Below the pieces are notes generated by a model. It was given only the letters and a program-made list of their open reading frames with translations. It had not been told where the DNA came from and ran no database searches. DNA of 64,000 nucleotides. It comes from Thalassobaculaceae bacterium (GTDB lineage Bacteria > Pseudomonadota > Alphaproteobacteria > Thalassobaculales > Thalassobaculaceae). How positions within the stretch are numbered: the stretch's first letter is position 1; every line of letters starts with the position of its first letter. Positions 1-10,953 of this stretch are shown piece by piece. The stretch spans positions 3,764,616 to 3,828,615 of the forward strand of contig OZ245843.1 in NCBI GenBank assembly GCA_965228875.1. The letters are read 5' to 3'. The translations under genes were made by a program, and so were the position numbers.

Positions 1-21
1 GGGAGCGGACCGGCCATGGCG

Positions 22-873
22 TCAGACCGTGGGCCTGCCGTGCTTGTCGATGTAGCGGAGCTCCCGCAGAACCTCGCCATGGGCCTCGATCAGCCTGGCG
101 ACGTGCGCGTCCGACAGATGCCTGCGCCAGCCGCCGACCCTGCCTTCGCGAAAGAAGGTCTGATCTGCCCGCACCCGTTCGCGGAACCCGCCCTGCTTCT
201 CCTGCCTGGACATTTCCGCGAAGCTGCTGAAGCGGATGGCCTTCTTTATGCGGTCCGGCGTCGACGGCAGGTTCAGGAACTTCACGACGCGGGAGAATTC
301 CTTGAACGGGCGGCCGCGCAGGTCCTCGTAGCGCAGAACCAAGGGCTCGAAACCGGGAACCCCGCGGGTCCAGCTCTGGTAGTGAGCGCCCCAGGGTCCG
401 AGGTACTGAACGATGGCGGCTTGCGTGGTCGGCGTATGCATCGTCTCCCGGCACAGCCCGTCGACGACATCGTCCATGTCGCCGTTGTAGTGCGCGGCGA
501 AGGAGACGGCGACGTCGAACACGTTCCGCACGACGTAGATCGCGCCCATCGTGCAGTCGAGGTCGATCAGCGGGATGTCGTTGACGAACCCGATGCGGTT
601 GTGGGTCTTGACGATCGACGTGTCCGGCCGGTCCGCCAGCGAGCGCTGGAGGACGGGGCGCAGTTCCTGGATCTCCAGGTCGCTCAGCTCGTCGATCGGG
701 CGGGCGGCGAGCGCCTGATAGAGGTGACGCTGGGAATCCCCGAAGGCGACCACATTCAGATCGTTGATGGAGACGGGCTCGTCGGCGTTCCGGAACAGGT
801 TCTCCAGAAAGACCCGAACCCAGGTGTTGCCCGACTTCGGATAGGACGCGAGCCAGAGAATGCCGCCGGCCAT
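22..873 (-). CDS. Sulfotransferase domain protein
   Basis: 5'-PSB motif WLASYPKSGNTW, VKTH, YVVRN, LRYEDL, C-terminal FFREGRVGGW. Confidence 0.9.
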   Translation of the reverse strand: MAGGILWLASYPKSGNTWVRVFLENLFRNADEPVSINDLNVVAFGDSQRHLYQALAARPIDELSDLEIQELRPVLQRSLADRPDTSIVKTHNRIGFVNDIPLIDLDCTMGAIYVVRNVFDVAVSFAAHYNGDMDDVVDGLCRETMHTPTTQAAIVQYLGPWGAHYQSWTRGVPGFEPLVLRYEDLRGRPFKEFSRVVKFLNLPSTPDRIKKAIRFSSFAEMSRQEKQGGFRERVRADQTFFREGRVGGWRRHLSDAHVARLIEAHGEVLRELRYIDKHGRPTV

Positions 874-876
874 TGG

Positions 877-2073
877 CTAGACCTGGACGGGGAAGATGAC
901 CCGGTGATCGATCAGCGCCTGGATCAGCCGCCGGCCCGCATCGCCCCGCTGACCATGGGCCTGTGAGAGCTGGGACAGCCAGAAGTCCTCGCGATCGAGG
1001 ATCCAGGACAGCATCCCGGCATCGTCTGCGCCCAGGCGGAAGTCAGCGCCGCGATGGGAGACCTTGAGGCCGTCGGCATCGGGCTCGACCGCGGGCCGGT
1101 AACGGGAGACGAAGAAATAGCCGTCGGGCTCGCGTTCGGGAAACCGGTAGTCGGTGACCTTGTCGAACATCCGATCCTTCTGAAAGGCGGAGACGAACTC
1201 GTGGAACGCCGGGTCCGCCAGGACCTTGGTCACGGTCTGGCCGATACCCTGCAGATACGCCGCCAGTGCGCCGCGATCCTCGAAATGCGGCAGGCGTTTG
1301 CGGAAGTACTCCTGGCCCTGCATCTCGCGCGCGAGCATCTCGAGCACGGCGACGCCTACCGCCGGGGTCGCACCGAAGGACAGGTGAAGCGACGCCGTGT
1401 CGGTGGCGATGGCGTCGTGGTACACGCCGCGCGGCAGGTAGAGAATGTCGCCGGGCCGGGTGGTAACCTGCTGGGCGAGTTTGCCCTTCATCCGCGTATG
1501 CTGCTCGGCGGTGAAGTCGCTGGGTCGGCTGCCCGGTACGAAGGCCGCCTCCGGAAAGCGCCCCTCATAGACGTTCCAGGTCTTCTCCCCTTCGATCTGC
1601 AGGGCGAAGACGTCCATGCAGTCGAAATGCGAGGCATAGCCACGGACCGACTTCCAGGAGCAGTAGGCGTTGCAGGACGTGTTGGCACCGGTCAGGCGCT
1701 CCAACGCGCGCGAGACGGCGGAGACCTCCGGGTCGATCCCTTCGAGGAAATCCAGGACGAACGTCGCGCCCTTCTGAAGCAGGGCCGTGACCTTGGCCCG
1801 GTCGGGCCGCAGACCCTGCTCGCCCTGCCGTCCATGGCCCGGCCGGCAATACTGCGGCGGCGGCAGGACTTTCCCGTCCAGCGCCATCTCGATCGTGTCC
1901 GCATCCCAGAGCTTCGGGCGCTGCAGCAGATCGTTCATCCGGCTCCAGGAGAACAGCTCCGCGACGTCGCGCACGGCGCCGGCTTCATAGTAGGGGGCCT
2001 TGTCGAAGTACCGGTCGAGAAACGTCTCGCGGTCGATCTGACGGAACAGGCGGTCGAAGGTCACGACGGTCAT
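877..2073 (-). CDS. JmjC/cupin-4 (YcfD/ROXA-like) Fe(II)/2OG hydroxylase
   Basis: HFD..DVFALQIEGEKTW and PGDILYLPRGVYHDA motifs; C-terminal wHTH-like extension. Confidence 0.85.
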   Translation of the reverse strand: MTVVTFDRLFRQIDRETFLDRYFDKAPYYEAGAVRDVAELFSWSRMNDLLQRPKLWDADTIEMALDGKVLPPPQYCRPGHGRQGEQGLRPDRAKVTALLQKGATFVLDFLEGIDPEVSAVSRALERLTGANTSCNAYCSWKSVRGYASHFDCMDVFALQIEGEKTWNVYEGRFPEAAFVPGSRPSDFTAEQHTRMKGKLAQQVTTRPGDILYLPRGVYHDAIATDTASLHLSFGATPAVGVAVLEMLAREMQGQEYFRKRLPHFEDRGALAAYLQGIGQTVTKVLADPAFHEFVSAFQKDRMFDKVTDYRFPEREPDGYFFVSRYRPAVEPDADGLKVSHRGADFRLGADDAGMLSWILDREDFWLSQLSQAHGQRGDAGRRLIQALIDHRVIFPVQV

Positions 2074-2134
2074 GGGATGCCCTGGTCACGGTCTCGAGAA
2101 CGGAACACGGGCAACCGATAGCGTATCCGCAGGC

Positions 2135-2167
2135 AAAAAAGAAGGGAGCCGCCCGAAGGCGGCTCCC
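2135..2167 (-). terminator. Intrinsic terminator of porin gene
   Basis: GGGAGCCGCC-CGAA-GGCGGCTCCC stem followed by a U-rich tract on the minus strand. Confidence 0.85.
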
Positions 2168-2191
2168 CCGATGTCTGACTGTCGATCTGGA

Positions 2192-3265
2192 TTAGAAGGA
2201 CAGACGGATACCGGTGACGACGTAGGTGGCCTCGAGCTCGTCGGTGCCCGCAGTGCCGGCGTCCTGGAATTGCGCGTGACCGATGGTCGCGTTGGCCGAC
2301 ACACCCGGGCCCAGGGCGTACTTGCCCGACAGGTGGATGGTGTCCTGCTCGGAGGAGTTCTCAACTTCGCCGTGGAAGTAGGAGAGGCTCACGCCGAACG
2401 GGCCGGTCGAGTAGGAAACGCCGAGGTTGTAGGCGTCGCCGTCCGCGTTGCTGTCGTCGGAACCGGCATAGGAAGCGCCGATGCCGAAGCCGCCGACACC
2501 GATGGTGATACCGGCGTTGTAGGCTTCCGGCTCGTCGGTACCCGAAGCGGACTCGAGGAAGGTGCCGTAGCCGACGGACACGCCGACCGACGCGCCACCG
2601 AAGTCGCCCGAGTAGTTGGCGCCGAAGGCGACCATGTCGGACACACCGGTGTCACGATCAACCGGGCTGTTGTCGTCCTGGTTGGTGTCCGGCGAGTAGG
2701 AAGCACCCAGCTGGAAGCCGGCGAAGCGCGGCGTGTAGTAGGTCAGCTTCTCGGAGTCGTTGGCGCGGTTCGGCTCGACATAGGTCGAACCCAGAACGCC
2801 ACGGAAGTAGCCGCTGCCGGAGACGTTGCTGCCCGAGAGAGCCGCCCAGTCGCCCTGGTCACCGGAGTTGATGCCGATACCGAAATCGCTCGGGGCGTAA
2901 TGCATCTTGTACATCGCCGAGTTTTCGGAACCGAGGTTGATCTCACCGAAGGAGCCCTTGACGATCAGATACGACTCGTCGATCTGGTCGCTGCCGTTGT
3001 GGTTGGCTTCGAGCTGGACGTTCACACCGAACTCGATGCCGTTGTCCAGGGTGGTCGAGCCCTTGAAGTGGATTTCGGAGTCGGACTTGACGTCGAGGCC
3101 GTCCACGTCGCGGGTACCGCCATCCTCGTCAACCGAGGTGTAGCCGAACCACTGCTCCATGTAGCCGCCAACCTTCGCCTGGATCTTTTCAGCAGCCATG
3201 GCGGAGGGCGCAGCGATCAGGCCGGCGGCAACGATGGCCGTCGAGCCGAGAAGAACCTTTTTCAT
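2192..3265 (-). CDS. Outer-membrane porin (alphaproteobacterial type)
   Basis: Signal peptide MKKVLLGSTAIVAAG, TTLDNGIEFGVNVQLE, amphipathic beta strands, C-terminal Phe; strongly biased codon usage. Confidence 0.92.
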   Translation of the reverse strand: MKKVLLGSTAIVAAGLIAAPSAMAAEKIQAKVGGYMEQWFGYTSVDEDGGTRDVDGLDVKSDSEIHFKGSTTLDNGIEFGVNVQLEANHNGSDQIDESYLIVKGSFGEINLGSENSAMYKMHYAPSDFGIGINSGDQGDWAALSGSNVSGSGYFRGVLGSTYVEPNRANDSEKLTYYTPRFAGFQLGASYSPDTNQDDNSPVDRDTGVSDMVAFGANYSGDFGGASVGVSVGYGTFLESASGTDEPEAYNAGITIGVGGFGIGASYAGSDDSNADGDAYNLGVSYSTGPFGVSLSYFHGEVENSSEQDTIHLSGKYALGPGVSANATIGHAQFQDAGTAGTDELEATYVVTGIRLSF

Positions 3266-3516
3266 TCCCCATCTCCCGAGTTCGAGGTGTTTTCAGGGTC
3301 CACGGTCCATCCGGAATCAGCGAAACAGCACGCTCGCCATCCCTGACCGATACGCCATTGCTACAGGCGTCGAAGGACCAGCGTCAACTCGGCTGTCACG
3401 GCGCCAAGTGCAAAACTGTCTCATTGTGGCGAAATTGTCACATCGGCGTTCGGGCGGCGGGAACGCTGTATCATTGCGCCGGAGCGCGGCCACCGGTAAA
3501 CAGGTGACGTCGAAAT

Positions 3517-4068
3517 ATGGACAAGAATGCGATGGTCGGCTTTCACACGAGAATAGCGATAGGCGCGGCAGCCCTTGCCCTCGCGGCATGCGGCTCGGAT
3601 GTGCCGGTCGAGTACGAGTATCCGACCAAGGGCGCCGACGGCCTCCCGACCTATGAGAAACAGGAGAGCCTGGTAGGTCCGAGCGGGCTCGACCTGTTTT
3701 CGCTCGGTCAGGGCGGCAACGAGGGTCAGGGCGCCGGAACCGGGGTCGCCGTGAACGCCTTCCTGTGGCGGGCGTCGCTGGACACGTTGTCTTTCCTGCC
3801 GCTGGCGTCGGCGGATCCGTTCGGAGGCGTGATCATCACCGACTGGTACAATCCGCCGGAAAGCCCGAACGAGCGGTTCAAGATCACCGTCTACATCCTC
3901 GACCGGACCCTGCGATCGGACGGTATCCGCGCCAACGTGTTCCGCCAGCTTCGGATCTCCAACGGGGAGTGGCGGGACGCCGCCGTCGACGAGGGGCTCG
4001 GCAAGGATCTCGAGAACACGATCCTGACACGGGCCCGCCAGATCCGCATTCAACAGGCGTCGCAGTAG
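3517..4068 (+). CDS. DUF3576-family lipoprotein
   Basis: Lipobox [37 protein letters not shown]; conserved position upstream of leuS. Confidence 0.85.
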   Translation: MDKNAMVGFHTRIAIGAAALALAACGSDVPVEYEYPTKGADGLPTYEKQESLVGPSGLDLFSLGQGGNEGQGAGTGVAVNAFLWRASLDTLSFLPLASADPFGGVIITDWYNPPESPNERFKITVYILDRTLRSDGIRANVFRQLRISNGEWRDAAVDEGLGKDLENTILTRARQIRIQQASQ

Positions 4069-4105
4069 TCCGCCGCGCATCCGCCGTCAAAGAGAGCACC
4101 ACGTC

Positions 4106-6673
4106 ATGGCGCGCTATAACGTGAAGGAGACCGAGGCCCGGTGGCAGACCCGCTGGGCCGAGGATGGTTGCTTCGAGGTCGAGGCAGACCCGTCACGTCC
4201 GAAATACTACGTCCTCGAGATGTTCCCCTATCCGTCGGGGCGCATTCATATGGGGCACGTGCGCAACTATACCCTCGGCGACGTGGTCGCCCGGTACAAG
4301 AAGGCGCGCGGGTTCAACGTCCTGCATCCGATGGGGTGGGACGCATTCGGTCTGCCGGCGGAGAACGCCGCGATCGAACGGGGCGTGCATCCGCAGAAGT
4401 GGACCCATGAGAACATCGACGCCATGCGCGAACAGCTCAGGGGGATGGGCCTGAGCTACGACTGGCGTCGCGAGATCGCGACCTGCGATCCCGACTACTA
4501 TCGCCACGAACAGAAGATGTTCCTCGATTTCCTCAAGGCCGGGCTCGCCTACCGCAAGGAGAGCTGGGTCAACTGGGATCCGGTCGAGAACACGGTGCTG
4601 GCGAACGAGCAGGTGATCGACGGCAAGGGCTGGCGCTCCGGCGCGCCGGTCGAGAAGCGCAAGCTGAACCAGTGGTTCCTCAAGATCACCCACTACGCCG
4701 AGGATCTGCTCGGCGCGCTCGGGGAGCTGGAGGGCCGCTGGCCCGACAAGGTCCGGCTGATGCAGCACAACTGGATCGGCCGCTCCGAGGGCGCGCGGGT
4801 CCGTTTCCAGCTGGTCGGGCGCGACGACAGCCTGGAAGTGTTCACCACTCGGCCGGACACGCTGTTCGGCGCCAGCTTCTGCGCGGTGTCGCCGAACCAT
4901 CCCCTGGCGGCAGAGGTGGCCGAGGGCGACGAGGGACTCCTGTCCTTCATCGCCGAGTGCAACCGCATGGGCACCAGCGAGGCGGATATCGAGACCGCCG
5001 AGAAGCGCGGCTATCGCACCGGTCTGGAGGTCGAGCATCCCTTCGTGCCCGGCAAGACGCTGCCGGTCTACGTCGCCAATTTCGTGCTGATGGAATACGG
5101 CACCGGCGCCATCTTCGGCTGTCCGGCGCACGACCAGCGTGACCTGGATTTCGCCCGCAAGTACGAGTTGCCGGTCCTGCCGGTTGTGCTCCCGGGAGAC
5201 GTCGAGGCGGCGGACTTCGCGGTCGGCGACGAGGCGTATGTCGGTCCGGGCAGGATCTACAATTCCGACTTCCTGGACGGCATGGAGATCGAGGCGGCGA
5301 AGTCGGCGGTCGCCCGCAGGCTCGAGGAAATCGGGCGCGGCGAGAGCACGACGACGTGGCGTCTGCGCGACTGGGGCGTCTCCCGTCAGCGCTATTGGGG
5401 CTGCCCGGTCCCGATCGTCCACTGCGAGTCCTGCGGTGTGGTTCCGGTACCGGAAGATCAGCTGCCGGTGACGCTGCCGGAGGATGTGGAGTTCGACTCC
5501 CCCGGCAACCCGCTGGACCGGCATCCGAGCTGGAAGCACACGACCTGTCCGACCTGCGGCGGCGCTGCCACGCGGGAGACCGACACGTTCGACACGTTCT
5601 TCGAGTCCTCCTGGTATTTCGCCCGCTTCACCGACGCCAAGGGCGAGACCGCGTTCGACCGGGAGGCCGCGGACTACTGGCTCCCCGTCGATCAGTATAT
5701 CGGCGGTGTCGAGCACGCGGTGCTTCACCTGCTCTACGCCCGCTTCTTCACCCGGGCGCTGCGCGACTGCGGGTATCTGTCGGTCGCCGAGCCGTTCAGC
5801 GGCCTGGTCACCCAGGGCATGGTCTGCCACGAGACCTATCGCGGCCCCGACAACCGCTGGCTCTATCCCGACGAGGTCGCCCGCACCGACGGCGGCGACT
5901 GGGTCACGGTCGACGGCGGGCGGCCGGTGACGGTCGGCCGGGTCGAGAAGATGTCGAAGTCCAAGCGCAATACCGTGGACCCGGCCAACATCATCGACGG
6001 CTACGGTGCGGACACCGCCCGGCTCTTCATGCTCTCCGACAGCCCGCCGGAACGCGATCTGGAATGGACGGAGGCCGGCGTCGATGGTGCCTGGCGCTTC
6101 ATCAACCGGGTCTGGCGCGAGATCACCGAGTGCGCGGTGCCCCTGCCGGCGGCTGGAACCGCGAAACCCGACGCCCTGTCGCCGGACGCCGAGGCCGCCT
6201 ACCGCGCGTGCCACAAGGCCGTGCTTGCCGTGGCCGACAGCATCGAGCGGTTCCGCTTCAACAGCGCCGTCGCCCAGGTTCGCGAACTGTCCAACCAGAT
6301 CTTCGCCCTGTCCGGCAAAGGCGCCGGCGAGGACTGGGTCCTGCGGTTCGGTTTCGAGACCCTGGTCCGGCTGCTCGCCCCCATGACCCCGCATATCTGC
6401 GAGGAGCTGTGGCAGCACCTCGGCCACACCACCATGCTGGCTGACGGCGCCTGGCCCGAGGCCGATGCGCGTCTGGCCGAGGACGAGACCGTCACCATCG
6501 CCATTCAGGTCAACGGCAAGCTGCGTGCGACCGTCGAGATGGCGAAGGACAGCTCCAAGGATGCGATGATCGAGCAGGCGCTGACCCAGCCGAACGTGGT
6601 CAAGCTGCTGGACGGCAAGGATCCGCGCAAGGTCATCGCGGTGCCGAACAAGATCGTCAACGTGGTGGCCTGA
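4106..6673 (+). CDS. leuS: Leucine--tRNA ligase
   Basis: [13 protein letters not shown] (HIGH) and KMSKS motifs, 855 aa. Confidence 0.98.
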   Translation: MARYNVKETEARWQTRWAEDGCFEVEADPSRPKYYVLEMFPYPSGRIHMGHVRNYTLGDVVARYKKARGFNVLHPMGWDAFGLPAENAAIERGVHPQKWTHENIDAMREQLRGMGLSYDWRREIATCDPDYYRHEQKMFLDFLKAGLAYRKESWVNWDPVENTVLANEQVIDGKGWRSGAPVEKRKLNQWFLKITHYAEDLLGALGELEGRWPDKVRLMQHNWIGRSEGARVRFQLVGRDDSLEVFTTRPDTLFGASFCAVSPNHPLAAEVAEGDEGLLSFIAECNRMGTSEADIETAEKRGYRTGLEVEHPFVPGKTLPVYVANFVLMEYGTGAIFGCPAHDQRDLDFARKYELPVLPVVLPGDVEAADFAVGDEAYVGPGRIYNSDFLDGMEIEAAKSAVARRLEEIGRGESTTTWRLRDWGVSRQRYWGCPVPIVHCESCGVVPVPEDQLPVTLPEDVEFDSPGNPLDRHPSWKHTTCPTCGGAATRETDTFDTFFESSWYFARFTDAKGETAFDREAADYWLPVDQYIGGVEHAVLHLLYARFFTRALRDCGYLSVAEPFSGLVTQGMVCHETYRGPDNRWLYPDEVARTDGGDWVTVDGGRPVTVGRVEKMSKSKRNTVDPANIIDGYGADTARLFMLSDSPPERDLEWTEAGVDGAWRFINRVWREITECAVPLPAAGTAKPDALSPDAEAAYRACHKAVLAVADSIERFRFNSAVAQVRELSNQIFALSGKGAGEDWVLRFGFETLVRLLAPMTPHICEELWQHLGHTTMLADGAWPEADARLAEDETVTIAIQVNGKLRATVEMAKDSSKDAMIEQALTQPNVVKLLDGKDPRKVIAVPNKIVNVVA

Positions 6674-6675
6674 TC

Positions 6676-7185
6676 GTGGGCCGCGCCGCCCGCCTTGCCG
6701 CGGCCGCGCTCCTGCTGCTCGGCGGGGCGCTGGGTGGCTGCGGGTTCCAGCCGCTGCACGCCAAGCGGACGGCGAGTTCGGCCTACAATCAGGGTTTTCC
6801 CCAGGTCGACGTCGCACCGATCCCCGATCGGCTGGGACAGATCCTGCGCAACGAACTGCTGGACCGGATCAACCCGCGCGGCGTGGCGCCGGCACCGCGC
6901 TACCGTCTCGACGTGGCGGCGAAGGAGTACCGGTCGGACATCGTGATCCTGCGGGACTCGACCGCGACGTTCGCCAAGTTCATCGTCGAGGCGAAATGGG
7001 TGCTGGTCGACCTTCAGACGGACGCCCCGGTGGCGCGCGGCAAGAACGAGCGGACCTCCAGCTTCTCCATCAGCTCCTCCGAGTTCGCCATTCTTCAGGC
7101 CGAGAACGATGCCCGGATGCGGGCCGCGACCGAACTCGCCGACGACATCCGCCTGCGTCTGGCGCTGTTCTTCAAGCGCTCCTAG
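6676..7185 (+). CDS. lptE: LPS assembly lipoprotein LptE
   Basis: Lipobox LGGCGFQPL; leuS-lptE-holA synteny. Confidence 0.85.
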   Translation: MGRAARLAAAALLLLGGALGGCGFQPLHAKRTASSAYNQGFPQVDVAPIPDRLGQILRNELLDRINPRGVAPAPRYRLDVAAKEYRSDIVILRDSTATFAKFIVEAKWVLVDLQTDAPVARGKNERTSSFSISSSEFAILQAENDARMRAATELADDIRLRLALFFKRS

Positions 7186-7195
7186 GGATCGCACG

Positions 7196-8251
7196 ATGAA
7201 GGTCGCGGCCAACGGTGTGGAGCGCTTCGCCAAGGAGCCGCCCTCCGGCATCCGCGCCGTTCTGGTCTACGGTCCGGATACCGGCAAGGTCCTGGAGACC
7301 GCCCGGCGGATCTCCCGCTCCGCCGTCGCCGACCTGGACGACCCCTTCAACGTCTGCGAGCTCGACGGCGACGCGATCACCGGCGACCCCGCCAGACTGT
7401 CCGACGAAATGCACGCCCGCTCGCTGATGGGCGGCCGGCGGCTGGTCCGGCTGCGCGGCGCCCGCGACTCCGCCGCGGAAGCGATCGCCAACGGGCTCGA
7501 CGGCGATACCGGCGACACGCTTCTGGTCGTCGAGGCCGGCGACCTGAAGCCGTCGGGCGCGCTGCGCAAGCTGTTCGAGGCGAAGCGCGAGGACATCGCC
7601 GGACTCGCCTGCTATGCCGACAGCGGCCGCGATCTCGCGTCGATGGTCCGGGAAACACTGGGGAGCCACTCGGTTCGGATCGACGGTGAGGCCGAGCGGA
7701 TGCTGATCGACCATCTCGGCGGCGACCGGATGGCCAGCCGCATGGAGGTCGAGAAGCTGGCGCTGCTCGCCGGGCCCGGATCCACGGTCGACACCGCCCT
7801 CGTGATCGAGGCGATCGGCGACGGCGCCGCCCTCGATATCGACGCCCTGATCTCCGCCGCCGCCGACGGTCGGCCGGACGCCATTCTGACCGGTCTCGAC
7901 CGGGCGTTCCGTCAGGGCGAAGCGTCGGTGCGGATTATCCGCGGGGCCATCACCTACTTCCAGCGTCTGCACCTCGCCCGCTGCCGCACCGGGAGCGGAC
8001 GCAGCCCGGGAGACGCGGTCAAGTCGCTCCGACCGCCGCCGTTCTTCCGCGCCGTCGATGCCATGACCCGGCAGGTCTCCCGCTGGGACGCTCCTGCCCT
8101 GGCGGCCGCCCTCGCCCGTCTCGGCGAGGCCGAGATCCGATGCAAGACGACCGGGTATCCGGACGAGGCCGAGTGCGGCCAGGCGCTCATAGACGTCGCC
8201 CGGATGGCGGTGATGGCCGGTCGTCGGTCGGGAGGGTCACGCCGCACCTGA
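7196..8251 (+). CDS. holA: DNA polymerase III delta subunit
   Basis: VLVYGPD, DPARLSDE, EVEKLAL; synteny; start moved to ATG 7196. Confidence 0.92.
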   Translation: MKVAANGVERFAKEPPSGIRAVLVYGPDTGKVLETARRISRSAVADLDDPFNVCELDGDAITGDPARLSDEMHARSLMGGRRLVRLRGARDSAAEAIANGLDGDTGDTLLVVEAGDLKPSGALRKLFEAKREDIAGLACYADSGRDLASMVRETLGSHSVRIDGEAERMLIDHLGGDRMASRMEVEKLALLAGPGSTVDTALVIEAIGDGAALDIDALISAAADGRPDAILTGLDRAFRQGEASVRIIRGAITYFQRLHLARCRTGSGRSPGDAVKSLRPPPFFRAVDAMTRQVSRWDAPALAAALARLGEAEIRCKTTGYPDEAECGQALIDVARMAVMAGRRSGGSRRT

Positions 8252-8271
8252 CCCGGTGTCGCGGTGGGGTG

Positions 8272-9498
8272 TCAGGCTTTCGGAACCAGGGGATCGTCGT
8301 CCCCCTCCTCATCATCGTCGAAATCCCACCGCATGTCGGTGGGGTCGTCATCGGTCGCGGTCTCTCCGTCATCCGGCGCGACGAAATCCCGCGAGGGCGC
8401 GTCCTCGGGAAGCGGGTCGAAACCGTCCCCATCGCCGTTCCTGTCACCGCCGATCGGGTCGCCCTCACCATCCAGGTCGATCGTCGACGGCAGCTCCGCG
8501 TCGCGGACCGTGTCCTCCTCCTGGATCGTCTGATAGTTCGACCACGCACCCTCGCGCGCCGGTGGTTCGGTTCCGTCCTCGGTATCCGGCACCAGGTAGG
8601 CGTCGGGCCGATGGTCCGCATGGGCGGAAAGGCGCTCCACGATCAGGTCGAGCTGATCGAGATTCTGGTAGCGCAAGGTCACGCTACCGGCACCGGATGT
8701 TGCGTTATGGCTGATCGCTACCACGAGCCCTGTCCGGTCCGACAGGTCCTGCTCCAGGATCCGGGTATCCGCGTCCTTCTGCTTCTCCGCTTTCGGCGCC
8801 GGCGGCGGAGACTTCTCGCGCTGGACCAGACGCTCGGTGTCCCGGACGTTGAGCTTACGGGTGACGACGTCCCGGGCCAGCGCCGACGGGTCCTCCGCGG
8901 AGAGCAGGGCGCGGGCGTGGCCGGCGGTGAGCTGGCCGTCCTCGAGCAGAACCCGGACCTCGTCCGGCAGGTTGAGCAGGCGCAGAATATTGGCGATATG
9001 GCTGCGGCTCTTGCCGACGGCGCGGGCGATGTCGTCCTGGGAGTGGCCGTACTCGTCGATCAGCCGGCGGTAGCCCTCGGCCTCCTCCAGCGGCGTGAGA
9101 TCGCGGCGCTGAACGTTCTCGACCAGGGCGATCTCCATCGCCGTCTGGTCGTCGAACTCGCGGACGAGAACCGGAACCTCGTGCAGCTGTGCCAGCTGGG
9201 CCGCCCGCCAGCGCCGCTCGCCGGCGATGATCTGGTAGGTGTCGCCGTCCGGCGCCCGGCGCACCAGGATCGGCTGGATCACCCCCTGCTCGCGGACGCT
9301 CTCGGCGAGTTCCCGCAGATCGTCCTGATCGAACCGCCGCCGCGGCTGAAACGGGCCCGGCGTCAGCTGCTCCACCGGCAGGGCCCGGGACTGACGCAGG
9401 CGCTCGAGCTGGACCTGCTCGTCGTCATCCTCGCCGAGCAGCGCGGACAGGCCGCGACCCAGCTTGTTGCTGCGGCGTTTGCCGGTTTCTTCGCTCAT
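8272..9498 (-). CDS. parB: Chromosome partitioning protein ParB with acidic C-terminal extension
   Basis: LGRGLSALL, QPRRRF, IIAGERRWRAA, ENVQRRDL, HTH. Confidence 0.96.
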   Translation of the reverse strand: MSEETGKRRSNKLGRGLSALLGEDDDEQVQLERLRQSRALPVEQLTPGPFQPRRRFDQDDLRELAESVREQGVIQPILVRRAPDGDTYQIIAGERRWRAAQLAQLHEVPVLVREFDDQTAMEIALVENVQRRDLTPLEEAEGYRRLIDEYGHSQDDIARAVGKSRSHIANILRLLNLPDEVRVLLEDGQLTAGHARALLSAEDPSALARDVVTRKLNVRDTERLVQREKSPPPAPKAEKQKDADTRILEQDLSDRTGLVVAISHNATSGAGSVTLRYQNLDQLDLIVERLSAHADHRPDAYLVPDTEDGTEPPAREGAWSNYQTIQEEDTVRDAELPSTIDLDGEGDPIGGDRNGDGDGFDPLPEDAPSRDFVAPDDGETATDDDPTDMRWDFDDDEEGDDDPLVPKA

Positions 9499-9527
9499 GT
9501 CACCTCAGGCCGGCCGGTCGCCCGCTT

Positions 9528-10355
9528 CTATGCCGCCACCGCGCCCGCCGCCAGGGCGGATTCGCGGGCCAGCACCTCGCGGGCCAGAGAGATATACGCC
9601 TTCGATCCGCTGCACGCCATGTCGTAGACGATCACCGGTTTGCCGTAGGACGGCGCCTCGGAGACCCGGACATTGCGTGGGATCATGGTTCCGTAGACCA
9701 CGTCGCCGAAATAGTCGCGCACGTCCGCCGCCACCTGGTCGGACAGGTTGTTGCGGCGGTCGTACATGGTGAGCACCACGCCCTGGATCTCCAGGCCGGG
9801 GTTCAGCGCCTTGCGCACCCGCTCGACCGTGCGGACCAGCTGCGAGAGACCCTCAAGCGCGTAGAACTCGCACTGCAGCGGGACCAGCACGGCATCGGCG
9901 GCGACCAGGGCGTTCAGGGTCAGCAGGCCGAGCGACGGCGGACAGTCGATCAGGATGTAGTCGTAGGGCGACGTGGCCGCGTGGCGCACCACCGCCTCCC
10001 GCAGCCGGAACTCCCGGTGGTCCATGTCCACCAGTTCGATCTCCGCACCGGAGAGGTCGGTCGAGGCCGGAACCACCTCGAGACCGGGAACCGGTGTGTC
10101 GATCGCCGCCTCGGCGATCGTCGCCTCGCCGATCAGCACCGCGTAGGAATCCGCCTCGCGCGCCTTTCGCGGGACGCCGAAACCGGTCGACGCATTGCCC
10201 TGGGGGTCCAGGTCGATGACCAGGACCTTCTTGCGGCAGGCCGCCATGGCGGTGGCCAGGTTGACCGCCGTCGTCGTCTTTCCGACCCCGCCCTTCTGGT
10301 TCACGATCGCCAGGATCCGCGGTGCCACTACCTGGTTGGTCTGTCCGTCAAGCAC
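9528..10355 (-). CDS. parA: Chromosome partitioning ATPase ParA
   Basis: NQKGGVGKTTT, DLDPQGNAS, IDCPPSLG. Confidence 0.97.
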   Translation of the reverse strand: MLDGQTNQVVAPRILAIVNQKGGVGKTTTAVNLATAMAACRKKVLVIDLDPQGNASTGFGVPRKAREADSYAVLIGEATIAEAAIDTPVPGLEVVPASTDLSGAEIELVDMDHREFRLREAVVRHAATSPYDYILIDCPPSLGLLTLNALVAADAVLVPLQCEFYALEGLSQLVRTVERVRKALNPGLEIQGVVLTMYDRRNNLSDQVAADVRDYFGDVVYGTMIPRNVRVSEAPSYGKPVIVYDMACSGSKAYISLAREVLARESALAAGAVAA

Positions 10356-10953
10356 GGCTCACCTCCTCCAGCCTCAGCACGACCCCCCGAGAGTCAGAAA
10401 TGCTGGGAGCCTTGGTGACAGCGATTTTCCAGGTGTTTCGTGCGGTAGTCAACTCGGCGTCCGCCTGCTCCCCCTTAAGAAACAGAAAGACCGTGTTTCC
10501 GTCGACGTATGGCTCCGCGTAGCGCAGGAGCTTGTCGACGGGTGCCAGGGCCCGTGCCGTGACAATACCGGCGCGAATCGGGCGTAGTGATTCGATTCGG
10601 CAGGCTTCGATACCCGGTTTTACCCCGGTCACCCGCGCCACTTCCTGAAGAAAGGCGACCTTCCGACGGTCGGATTCGACCAGAGTGATGTCCGTCCGGC
10701 CGAGAATGGACAGAACCATGCCCGGAAACCCGGCGCCGGACCCCAGATCCAGAACCGGGCCGGGAACACCCTCCATATGGCTGAGGAGTTGAGCCGAATC
10801 GAGAATATGGCGGCTCCACAGCTCCGGCAGGGTCGCCGGAGCCACGAGATTGATCCGCGACTGCCATTTTCGAAGGAGATCCGCATAGGATTCGAGGGCG
10901 CGGCGGCAATCGTCGCTCAGAGACAGCCGAGATTGGACGTCGTCGGGGGTCAC
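10348..10953 (-). CDS. rsmG: 16S rRNA m7G527 methyltransferase
   Basis: [28 protein letters not shown] start overlaps the mnmG stop. Confidence 0.95.
   Translation of the reverse strand: MTPDDVQSRLSLSDDCRRALESYADLLRKWQSRINLVAPATLPELWSRHILDSAQLLSHMEGVPGPVLDLGSGAGFPGMVLSILGRTDITLVESDRRKVAFLQEVARVTGVKPGIEACRIESLRPIRAGIVTARALAPVDKLLRYAEPYVDGNTVFLFLKGEQADAELTTARNTWKIAVTKAPSISDSRGVVLRLEEVSRA

Noticed and set aside
4193..6817. Long antisense and alternative-frame ORFs (e.g. 874 aa opposite leuS; others opposite rho, dnaK, mnmG)
   Set aside because: Shadow ORFs expected from high-GC codon bias; they fully overlap well-identified genes.
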